Assembly: GCA_027340875.1 (NCBI GenBank)
Contig: DAIENX010000013.1
Span: forward strand, 1 to 13,051
DNA: 13,051 nucleotides
Origin: Elusimicrobiota bacterium
GTDB lineage: Bacteria; Elusimicrobiota; Elusimicrobia; Elusimicrobiales; UBA9959
Direction: 5' to 3'
Shown: positions 1 through 6,623 of the stretch, piece by piece
Layout: each line of letters opens with the position of its first letter
Position numbering within the stretch: position 1 is the first letter of the stretch
Position numbers and translations under genes: made by a program
Notes under the pieces: model-generated
The model's input: only the letters and a program-made list of their open reading frames with translations
What the model was told of the DNA's origin: nothing
Database searches by the model: none

Positions 1-1
1 C

Positions 2-871
2 CACTACCAGTACCGCCGCGACGACGACGCCCTTCCTTCCGCCCTGGCCAAGACCAAGGGCATAGAGTCCTTCGCGATGCCCATCATCCTGGACGGCGGC
101 AACCTGATGGTGGACAGCAAGGGCGACCTGTTCATGACCAAGCGCACCTACATCTGGAACTCCGGCAAGTCGGAGTCCGAGGTCAACTCCGCGCTGAAGT
201 CCTATTTCGGCGTCAAGAACATCTACACGTTCGAGTACGCCGGCTATCCCGGCGAGCCCGCCGACGGAACCGGCCACATCGACATGTTCATGAAGCTGCT
301 CAACGACCACATCGTGCTGATAGCCACGGCCGAGACCGAGCCCTTCAAGAGCAACGCCGAGAAGGCCATGGCCTTCTTCCAGGGCCGCAAGGCGCCGGAC
401 GGGCAGATGTACAAGATCGTCACGGTGAAGGGTTGGGAGGACAACGCCTGGTTCACCTATACGAACTCCCTCATAGTTAACAACGTGGCCATCATTCCCT
501 CCTATTCCGGACATCCCGAGGGCGAAGCCGCCGCGAAGGCCGCCTATGAGTCGGCGGGCCTGACCGTGGCCCCGGTGAATTCCGACGACAGCATCATGGC
601 CGGCGGCTCCATACACTGCACCACGCAGCTGATACCGGTGCTGCCCTCCAAGGCCGCGGTGGACATGACCGACGTGCCCGAGTTCGCGGATATTCAGGTT
701 AAGAGCGAGATCCCGGGAACATACGGGGATAATGGTCCTGCTTTAAGAAGTCTGCTATCCGGCCCATGGGATACTTCAGCCGGTGTCGGCGGGTTTACGT
801 CCCGGCATCAGACGCGCGCGAATCATTTCTTTGAAGCCGGTTTCGATAAAAATGGGGGGGGGCAACAGTAA
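2..871 (+). CDS. Agmatine deiminase / Porphyromonas-type peptidyl-arginine deiminase family protein, 5'-truncated by the window edge
   Basis: Frame 2 is open from base 2 (HYQYRRDDDALP...), so ATG 77 is internal. Family motifs are present: LDGGN, DGTGHIDMF (catalytic His/Asp), YTNSLIVN and GGSIHCTTQ (catalytic Cys). About 80 aa of non-family tail follows the catalytic Cys. Confidence 0.9.
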   Translation, partial: HYQYRRDDDALPSALAKTKGIESFAMPIILDGGNLMVDSKGDLFMTKRTYIWNSGKSESEVNSALKSYFGVKNIYTFEYAGYPGEPADGTGHIDMFMKLLNDHIVLIATAETEPFKSNAEKAMAFFQGRKAPDGQMYKIVTVKGWEDNAWFTYTNSLIVNNVAIIPSYSGHPEGEAAAKAAYESAGLTVAPVNSDDSIMAGGSIHCTTQLIPVLPSKAAVDMTDVPEFADIQVKSEIPGTYGDNGPALRSLLSGPWDTSAGVGGFTSRHQTRANHFFEAGFDKNGGGQQ

Positions 872-1124
872 GCCCTTCCCGGTCCCGCACCCTGTTCCTC
901 CGTATCATCCGCCGACCCCGCCGGTTCCTGCGCCGCACCCGTCAAATCCGGATAATGGCGCGGTCGAGGAGTGTAAAAAAGGCTGCGATGGTCAGTATAG
1001 CGGCTGGGTCTCCAATTGTAATTCTAATTTCCCGGACGATGCGAAAAAAAGGAAATTATGCTATGAGGCGGCCGCGAGAGATTATGCCAGGTGTCTCCGC
1101 AACTGCGAAAACAGATGCAGATAA
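852..1124 (+). CDS. Pro-rich linker + Cys-rich helical-hairpin domain; either a separate small protein or the frameshifted C-terminal extension of the deiminase
   Basis: The frame 3 ORF (GTG 783 or ATG 852) encodes PFPVPHPVPPYHPPTPPVPAPHP followed by Cx3Cx10C-x13-Cx10Cx3Cx3C. Its TAA (1122-1124) overlaps the next gene's SD. No clear SD precedes 852 or 783, so the start is uncertain. Confidence 0.6.
   Translation: MGGGNSKPFPVPHPVPPYHPPTPPVPAPHPSNPDNGAVEECKKGCDGQYSGWVSNCNSNFPDDAKKRKLCYEAAARDYARCLRNCENRCR
854..862 (+). repeat. G9 homopolymer tract at the junction between the deiminase frame and the Cys-rich frame
   Basis: AAT-GGGGGGGGG-CAACAG-TAA is read directly from the sequence. Confidence 0.9.
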
Positions 1125-1137
1125 GGGGGGACCGGTG

Positions 1138-1389
1138 ATGAAAAGAATTGAGTTCTTATATACAAAAGGCAATGTTAAGGAAAGCGGTTTCTTGACTATA
1201 TCCGATCCTGTTTTCGATCCCGGTATGAAAAATTGGTTTTCAGAAGTATTTTGCTCGATAGATAACAGGAATCATAAATTGTTCGGAGTTGATAAAGAGC
1301 AGGCGGTCGAACTTGCAAAGGGGTTTGTGGTTTCAAGGTATGAAAATTTCGAACTAAGAAAAAAAGATGGAACCCCCTTTGTGATCTAG
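1138..1389 (+). CDS. Small 83-aa protein, DUF6968-like; putative immunity-type protein
   Basis: SD-like AAGGGGGG (1123-1130) lies before GTG/ATG 1135/1138. The pattern I-x-x-P-x-x-D...W...GVDxxQAxxLA recalls DUF6968 (recognised by eye). Codon usage is AT-rich (18/60 GC at 1141-1200). Confidence 0.65.
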   Translation: MKRIEFLYTKGNVKESGFLTISDPVFDPGMKNWFSEVFCSIDNRNHKLFGVDKEQAVELAKGFVVSRYENFELRKKDGTPFVI

Positions 1390-1431
1390 CGGACTGACCC
1401 TTGCCAGTTTTCCCTTCTTTTCCGGAGTGTT

Positions 1432-1460
1432 CCGCCGGCCGCGAGCCGGCGGTCTTTTTT
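1432..1460 (+). terminator. Rho-independent terminator
   Basis: 8-bp stem CCGCCGGC / GCCGGCGG with a 5-nt loop, followed by TCTTTTTT. Confidence 0.85.
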
Positions 1461-1478
1461 GGGGCTGGCCGGGGGGGA

Positions 1479-1506
1479 TTGCCGCGTCTTTTTGGTAAGA
1501 TATTGT
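1479..1506 (+). promoter_or_regulatory. Possible sigma70 promoter for the two-component operon
   Basis: TTGCCG-N16-TATTGT ends 18 nt before ATG 1525. The same TTGCCG -35 occurs at 9927. Confidence 0.35.
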
Positions 1507-1524
1507 AGCCTGGAACGGGCGGCT

Positions 1525-2202
1525 ATGCGCGTACTTGTAATAGAGGACGAGGAAAAACTTTCGGCCTTCATAACCAAGGGGCTTTCGCAGGAAGGCTTCT
1601 CGGTGGATTCCGCGGCCAGCGCGGCCGAGGCGGACCGCCAGCTGCTCAACGGCGTTTACGACCTGGTGATCATGGACGTCAACCTGCCCGACGGGGACGG
1701 CTTCGCGCTGCTCGAGTCCATGAGGCGCGAGGGCGATCGCACCCCTGTCATAATGCTCACCGCCCGCGGTTCCGTGGACGACAAGGTCCGCGGCCTGGAA
1801 TCCGGCGCCAACGATTACCTCACCAAGCCTTTCGCCTTCCGCGAGCTGGTGGCCCGCGCCCGCGTACTGCTGCGCCCCGCCGAGAAGCCGGAGGACGTGC
1901 TGACGGCCGGCGACCTCAGCCTGGACGTGCGCTCCCGCCGCGTGACCCGCGCCGGCAGGAAGATAGAGCTAACCAACAAGGAGTTCGCGCTGCTTGAGAT
2001 GCTTTTGCGGAACTCCGGCAGGCCGGTCAGCCGGGCCGTGCTGTGGGAGCACGCCTGGGAGGGCTCCTTCGAGGTGGATTCCAACGTGCTCGACGTGCAC
2101 ATGGGGCGGCTCAGGCGCAAGGTTGACGCCGGAGCGGACGAGAAGCTCGTAAGGACCGTTTACGGCGTGGGTTACCAGATAGACGCCCCGGAGCGCGGAT
2201 GA
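1525..2202 (+). CDS. OmpR/PhoB-family DNA-binding response regulator (CusR/CzcR/QseB-like)
   Basis: MRVLVIEDE start, phospho-acceptor in VIMDVNLP, MLTAR, GANDYLTKPF, and a winged helix LTNKEFALL...SNVLDVHMGRLRRKV...RTVYGVGY. The likely start is ATG 1525 rather than TTG 1459. Confidence 0.95.
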   Translation: MRVLVIEDEEKLSAFITKGLSQEGFSVDSAASAAEADRQLLNGVYDLVIMDVNLPDGDGFALLESMRREGDRTPVIMLTARGSVDDKVRGLESGANDYLTKPFAFRELVARARVLLRPAEKPEDVLTAGDLSLDVRSRRVTRAGRKIELTNKEFALLEMLLRNSGRPVSRAVLWEHAWEGSFEVDSNVLDVHMGRLRRKVDAGADEKLVRTVYGVGYQIDAPERG

Positions 2203-3575
2203 CCCTGCGCCGCCGGCTGTCACTGCTCTATATGGCGGCTACGGCCGTCCTCCTCCTGGCGTCGGCGCTGACGGCCGTGCTGTTCTTCCAGCGCGGACTG
2301 AGGACCATCGCCGACCGCAAGCTGCTGGCCGCCGCCGATGAGGCCGCGGGCCTCCTGGAGAGCCCGGGTTCCCTCGGTCCGGAAGCCGCCAGGAGCAGGC
2401 TGAGCCGCTTCGCCGAGGGGTTGGACGGTTTCTACGTCTTCCTGCACGGGGCGGACGGGGCGCAGCTCTACGCTTCCGACCCGCAGCTGGGCGCCGTCTG
2501 GCCGGCGTCTCAGGCCGCCTATCCCCAGGAAAAGGCGGTGTTCGCCTCCCGTACGCTGCCGTCGGGAGAACGGCTGCGCACCGTCAGCCTGGGGCTGCCG
2601 GCCCCGCGCGGCGCGTTGCTGCAGCTCGGGCTGCCGGTGCCTTCCCCGCTGGCGGCCCTTTCCGCCGACAGCTGGTACCTGCTCGCAGCGCTGTCCCTTT
2701 TGCTGCTGGCCGGCGCCGGCTGGGCGGGCTGGGCCATAGCCGGCCGCGCGCTGGCCCCTATAGACCGAATTGCCGAGGTGGCGCGCAAAGCCGGGGAGGG
2801 GGCGCTGAACGGCCGCATACCCCGCCATGCGGGCGAGGACGAGCTGGGCCGCCTGGTAGACGTGCTAAACGGCATGCTGGCCTCGATAGAGGCCTATTCG
2901 CTTAAGCTGAAGCAGTTCGCTTCCAACGTCACCCACCAGTTGAAGACGCCGCTTACCGTGATGCGCGGGCAGACCGAGGTGGCGCTGCTGGGCAAGCCAG
3001 GCCGGGAAGAGGCAGTGGCGGTGCTGGAGAGCAACCTGGCCGAGCTGGAGACGATGACGAGGGTGGTCGAGGACATACTGGAGTACTCCAGGCTCGACAG
3101 CCGGGAGTCCGGCGCCGCGAAGGCGGAGCGGTTGGACAAGCTTGTCTCCGCCGTCGCCAGGAAGGCGGCCGTCCTGGCCATGCCGAAGTCGCTGAAGATC
3201 GAGACCTCGCTGGCGGAGGCGACAGCCGCCGTCCAGGCCGGCAAACTGGAACAGGCCCTGCTGAACGTCATCGACAACGCAGTCAGGCATACTCCCGCGG
3301 GAGGCCGGATAATCCTTGCCGTCTCTCCGGAGGGAGGGGGAGCTGCCGTTACCGTAAGCGATACCGGCCCCGGCGTTCCGGAGGCGGATCTGCCACGGCT
3401 CTTCGAGCGCGGCTATTCCACCTCCGGTTCCGGACTGGGCCTGGGCCTGGCCAGGGCCATGCTGGAGAGCTTCGGCGGCAGGATAGAGGCTTCCTCGCCG
3501 CCGGGTTCAGGGCTCCGGGTCAGGATACTGCTGCCGGCCCCGCCTCAGAACCTTCCTTCCAGGCCCACCGAATAG
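2199..3575 (+). CDS. Membrane sensor histidine kinase (TM-periplasmic-TM, HAMP, HisKA, HATPase_c)
   Basis: ATGA overlap with the regulator. Two hydrophobic segments, HAMP (ALAPIDRI...DELGRLVDVLNGML), H-box THQLKTPLT, N-box LLNVIDNAVRH, G1 DTGPGV and G2 GSGLGLGL. Confidence 0.95.
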   Translation: MTLRRRLSLLYMAATAVLLLASALTAVLFFQRGLRTIADRKLLAAADEAAGLLESPGSLGPEAARSRLSRFAEGLDGFYVFLHGADGAQLYASDPQLGAVWPASQAAYPQEKAVFASRTLPSGERLRTVSLGLPAPRGALLQLGLPVPSPLAALSADSWYLLAALSLLLLAGAGWAGWAIAGRALAPIDRIAEVARKAGEGALNGRIPRHAGEDELGRLVDVLNGMLASIEAYSLKLKQFASNVTHQLKTPLTVMRGQTEVALLGKPGREEAVAVLESNLAELETMTRVVEDILEYSRLDSRESGAAKAERLDKLVSAVARKAAVLAMPKSLKIETSLAEATAAVQAGKLEQALLNVIDNAVRHTPAGGRIILAVSPEGGGAAVTVSDTGPGVPEADLPRLFERGYSTSGSGLGLGLARAMLESFGGRIEASSPPGSGLRVRILLPAPPQNLPSRPTE

Positions 3576-4513
3576 ACCCTGTCAGTGTAGGTCTTTAGCG
3601 ACACGTTGGAGTGGTTGTCCAGGTAGGTGAACGAGCCTTCCGCGTACAGGCCCTTGGCCAGCGTGAACACCGGCTTTATCCTGAACGAGTACGTGGCGTC
3701 GCTGCGCCGCTTCAGGAAGCGGGAATCGACGTTGTCGTAATCCTTAGCCACCAGCGACGCCGACGAGACCAGCTTGAAGCGCGACGACCACCTGCTGATC
3801 AGGCCCAGCACGGCCGAGCGGGACTTATAGTCGTAGTCCGGGCCGGCCGCGGCGTTGGTCTTGGAGCGCAGGCTGAGGAAGGCGAGGTGATTTTTCTGGA
3901 AGCGCCTGCTGGCGGACAGGTAGAGAGCGCCGGTATCGGCGTCCTTCTTCGCGTTGGTCCTGACATTGTCGCGGCCGCGCTCGTAACCGCCCTTCAACCT
4001 GAGCCCGCCGGGGCCGCGCCAGATGAGCCCGCCGTTGACCGCGCCGTCCTCGGCTATGGTCCCGGTCTTGTCGCCTATCAGGTCCAGGCTCCAGCCGAGG
4101 TCCAGGCCCCAGCCCTTGCCGAGGTCCGGAGTAAGGCCGACGGCGAAGGAATGGCCGTGGTAGCTGAAGGTCTTATGCGTGCGGTAGGCGTAGTCGTCGT
4201 AGGAATAGGATAGCTCCAGGCCCGCCTTGGAGGCGAAGGCCGGGTCCGCCGTGAACCCCGCCGAGAGATGCCGTATGTTGTCCTTCACCTTCGCGTCGCT
4301 GTTCACCGGTGAGTTGACCAGCAGGTGCGAGATGTTGGCGTCCGAGACCGTTGAGAGCCCGCCCGTGGCCTCCCAGGTCTTCGGCTCCGGCTTGCGGCGG
4401 GGGGCGGCTGCCTCCCCTCCCTGGCGCGGATATTTCTCCGAACGCACGTCCTGGGCGGCCGCTCCCGCGGCCGACAGCAGGACTATCGCGACAAGCACTT
4501 GTAGCAGTTTCAT
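3545..4513 (-). CDS. Outer-membrane beta-barrel protein, Slam/DUF560 barrel-like
   Basis: Sec signal (MKLLQVLVAIVLLSAAGAAA|Q), alternating amphipathic beta-strands, and a terminal beta-signal YSVGLEGRF. The C-terminal R-x-D...Y-x-x-N-x-SN-x4-Y pattern resembles DUF560 barrels. The barrel call is firmer than the subfamily call. Confidence 0.75.
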   Translation of the reverse strand: MKLLQVLVAIVLLSAAGAAAQDVRSEKYPRQGGEAAAPRRKPEPKTWEATGGLSTVSDANISHLLVNSPVNSDAKVKDNIRHLSAGFTADPAFASKAGLELSYSYDDYAYRTHKTFSYHGHSFAVGLTPDLGKGWGLDLGWSLDLIGDKTGTIAEDGAVNGGLIWRGPGGLRLKGGYERGRDNVRTNAKKDADTGALYLSASRRFQKNHLAFLSLRSKTNAAAGPDYDYKSRSAVLGLISRWSSRFKLVSSASLVAKDYDNVDSRFLKRRSDATYSFRIKPVFTLAKGLYAEGSFTYLDNHSNVSLKTYTDRVYSVGLEGRF

Positions 4514-4540
4514 AGGTTCTCCTTCGCCGGCTCGCCCTTT

Positions 4541-4933
4541 TTAGCCCTTTTCGGGCTCCGTGGCCGGCCTTACCCTGATGTCCAGGTCCCTGCGCGCCGA
4601 GTCCACCCTCTTTTTCACGAAGACTGGGTTAAGGCCCAGCTTCAGGCTGATGGCTCCCCAGCCGTAACCTTTCCGGTTCTCGGCCAGCAGGTCCTTCAGC
4701 TCCTGCCGGGACATTTCGGCTATAACGAAGATCTTCACGATCTCGCCGTAGCCGAACCCGGCGGCCCTGAGGTCCGCGATCTCCTCCCCTGAGCGGTTGA
4801 AGTAGAAGGAGACTGCTTTGGTCTTGGAAAGCCCGACTTCCGGGCCTTTCGGAGGAACGGCCAGGGCGTTCCCGAGGAACGCGAACGAAAAGGCCAGGGC
4901 CATCAATACGGATATGGTAGTGGTCTTTTTCAT
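4541..4933 (-). CDS. Exported 130-aa hypothetical protein with two GxG(Y/W)GxI repeats
   Basis: ATG at 4933 sits 2 nt after the upstream stop. Signal peptide MKKTTTISVLMALAFSFAFLGNALA; motifs LRAAGFGYGEI and NRKGYGWGAI. The upstream part of track ORF 4541..5410 is a shadow frame. Confidence 0.8.
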   Translation of the reverse strand: MKKTTTISVLMALAFSFAFLGNALAVPPKGPEVGLSKTKAVSFYFNRSGEEIADLRAAGFGYGEIVKIFVIAEMSRQELKDLLAENRKGYGWGAISLKLGLNPVFVKKRVDSARRDLDIRVRPATEPEKG

Positions 4934-4935
4934 AG

Positions 4936-5436
4936 TCAGTCGTCCAGCCCCGGGTCTTCCTGCTCTATCACGTCCCCCTTGTCGTCCTCCCCGTGCGCTT
5001 CGTCGGCGCCGTCTTCCTTCTCCACCTGCTCGATCTCCTTCTCGTCCTGTTCGGCTTCCTTCTCCAGACCGGCCGGGACGCCCTCTTCTTTCTCCGGAGC
5101 CTCGATCTCCTTCTCCGTCTCCTTCCAGGCCGCGTCGGCCTCCGCCGCGTCCAGCTCCGCCAGCGACTCTTTCATCTCGCGCGACCCGAACTCGGCCATG
5201 GCCAGCAGACCCTTCAGCTCGGTCTCGTCGCCGTTCCGGCCGGGAGCGTCCTGCTCGGCCGCGTCCAGCTCCAGCGCGGCCGCGGCGGCGGAGTCCTCGT
5301 TCCCGGCGCCCGCGCCTTCGTTTTCGGGCGGGGTGACGGCGCGCACCGTGCCCGACAGGGACAGCGACGCCGCGATCACCGCCGCGGAGAGGAGCGCCGT
5401 GGCGCTCCACCGGGATGTCAATTTCGAGATGCTCAT
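4936..5436 (-). CDS. Exported highly acidic low-complexity protein (166 aa)
   Basis: SD GAGG precedes ATG 5436. Signal-like N-terminus ending VRA, then an E/D/A-rich body (KETEKEIE, QDEKEIEQVEKED) with GC3-rich codons. Confidence 0.75.
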   Translation of the reverse strand: MSISKLTSRWSATALLSAAVIAASLSLSGTVRAVTPPENEGAGAGNEDSAAAAALELDAAEQDAPGRNGDETELKGLLAMAEFGSREMKESLAELDAAEADAAWKETEKEIEAPEKEEGVPAGLEKEAEQDEKEIEQVEKEDGADEAHGEDDKGDVIEQEDPGLDD

Positions 5437-5478
5437 ATTTACTGCCTCTAAGCGCTTTATCTGTTGTCTCATACCGAG

Positions 5479-5484
5479 ATTATA
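5479..5484 (-). promoter_or_regulatory. Perfect -10 box (TATAAT) upstream of 5436, with no consensus -35
   Basis: The minus strand reads TTAGTATAATCTC in an AT-rich intergenic gap. Confidence 0.45.
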
Positions 5485-5503
5485 CTAAAGCGCCGGTCCG
5501 CAT

Positions 5504-5533
5504 CGGCCGGCCCTGGCGCGTCAGGGCCGGCCG
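5504..5533. terminator. 12-bp GC hairpin after the 5542..6096 gene (terminator or mRNA-stabilising stem; no U-tract)
   Basis: CGGCCGGCCCTG - GCGCGT - CAGGGCCGGCCG is a perfect inverted repeat. Confidence 0.55.
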
Positions 5534-5541
5534 GGAAGCCG

Positions 5542-6096
5542 TCAGTCGCCCGACTCGGGCGGTTCGGCGGCCTCGTGGTCCTCCGCCTCTATCTGTTCGC
5601 CTTTGCTGTCGGCTTCCGATTCGAGATCGGAGTCGTTCTCCTTCTCGGCGCTCTCCAGCTCCTTCACGTCCGAGTCCTCGTCCTTCAGCTCTTTGCTGTC
5701 GCTCTCCTCGTCGAGGTCCTTCTCGTCCAGCTCGGAGCTCTCCTTGCTGTCGGAGGAGTCCTCGTCCAGTTCCTTCTGCTGCGCCTCATCGCTCTCCAGC
5801 TCTTTCTCGCCGGAACCGCCGGCGGACTTGACTTCCTCCTCGGCCGGCTCGGTCTCCTTCAGCTCGGTTTCGGGCGCTGAGGCCTTCTCCTTGATCTCGG
5901 CGGAGGAGCTTTCCTTCTGCTCCTTCTCCGAAGCGGAGACCGTCTTCTGCTTCTTCTGCACCACGGCGCTTTCATGCTCCTCCTGCGCCGCCTCGTCCGG
6001 GGCGGCCGCGGCCTGGCGCGCGTACGGCAGAAGCAGGGCCAGCCCCGACAGCAGTACCGCGCAGTTCCACAGGTTCTTCCTCACGTTGGTTTTCAT
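5542..6096 (-). CDS. Exported highly acidic, probably disordered protein (184 aa) with degenerate KEL(D/E) repeats
   Basis: Strong SD AAGGAG and a signal peptide ending AAA. The mature part is dominated by E/D/S/K and has no aromatic residues. Confidence 0.85.
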   Translation of the reverse strand: MKTNVRKNLWNCAVLLSGLALLLPYARQAAAAPDEAAQEEHESAVVQKKQKTVSASEKEQKESSSAEIKEKASAPETELKETEPAEEEVKSAGGSGEKELESDEAQQKELDEDSSDSKESSELDEKDLDEESDSKELKDEDSDVKELESAEKENDSDLESEADSKGEQIEAEDHEAAEPPESGD

Positions 6097-6178
6097 AAGT
6101 TTCTCCTTTCTTTCTCTTTAACGCCCCGGCCGGCTTAAGCGGGCCGGCAGAGATCTTAGTATGTCCGGCTCCCGCCGC

Positions 6179-6541
6179 TCATACGGCGGCGAGGGTTTCC
6201 ACGACCCGGAGAAGGTCCCCAAGGTCGAAAGGCTTGCCGTAGGCCCTGAGCAGTCCTTCCTTCTTTCCCAGCTCGGCCAGAGCGTCAGGCGGCATCGAGC
6301 CGGTGATCAGGATGCTGCGGCCGGAGCCCTGCTCCCTGAAGCGGCGTATCAGTTCCAGGCCGGTACCGTCCGGCAGCAGCAGATCGGAGATGAGCAGGTC
6401 GTAGACCCCTGAATCCATGAGCTTAGTGGCCTCGGCCACGTTCTCCGCCAGCGTCAGACTGTAGCGCCCCGCGGGAAAGAGCCGGCTATAGAACGTCCGC
6501 AACGCCTTTTCGTCCTCGACGGCCAGTATACGCAGTTCCAT
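6179..6541 (-). CDS. Single-domain response regulator receiver (CheY-like)
   Basis: SD AAGGAGG; motifs ILAVEDE, DLLISDLLLPDGTG, ITGS and KPF; 120 aa with no output domain. Confidence 0.92.
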   Translation of the reverse strand: MELRILAVEDEKALRTFYSRLFPAGRYSLTLAENVAEATKLMDSGVYDLLISDLLLPDGTGLELIRRFREQGSGRSILITGSMPPDALAELGKKEGLLRAYGKPFDLGDLLRVVETLAAV

Positions 6542-6578
6542 ATTGCCTCCTTCTCCGCATATAGCCTAAGAGGCCGGC

Positions 6579-6616
6579 CTGAAGGGACGGTTAAGAAAAA
6601 CTGACTTTTTCTTCAG
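6579..6616 (-). promoter_or_regulatory. Candidate OmpR-family (PmrA/QseB-like) binding site upstream of the minus-strand cluster
   Basis: The minus strand reads AGTCAG-N5-CTTAAC-N5-CTTCAG (11-bp period). It overlaps the inverted repeat AAGAAAAA-N5-TTTTTCTT (6593-6613). Confidence 0.45.
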
Positions 6617-6623
6617 GTCGAGG

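Noticed and set aside
955..1137. N-terminal extension of track ORF 955..1389
   Set aside because: It overlaps the Cys-rich ORF in another frame. The SD and the protein-like sequence begin at 1135/1138.
1459..1524. TTG start for the response regulator
   Set aside because: It begins inside the terminator U-tract. The receiver domain starts canonically at ATG 1525.
1815..3290. Several minus-strand ORFs opposite the two-component genes
   Set aside because: Antisense shadows expected from GC3-biased coding; no motifs or SD.
3611..6412. Plus-strand ORFs (Ser-, Arg/Pro- or Leu-rich) opposite the minus-strand cluster, and the Arg/Gly-rich part of 4541..5410
   Set aside because: Their compositions are the reverse-complement or shifted readings of E/D/K codons. 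The minus-strand frames carry the SDs and signal peptides.
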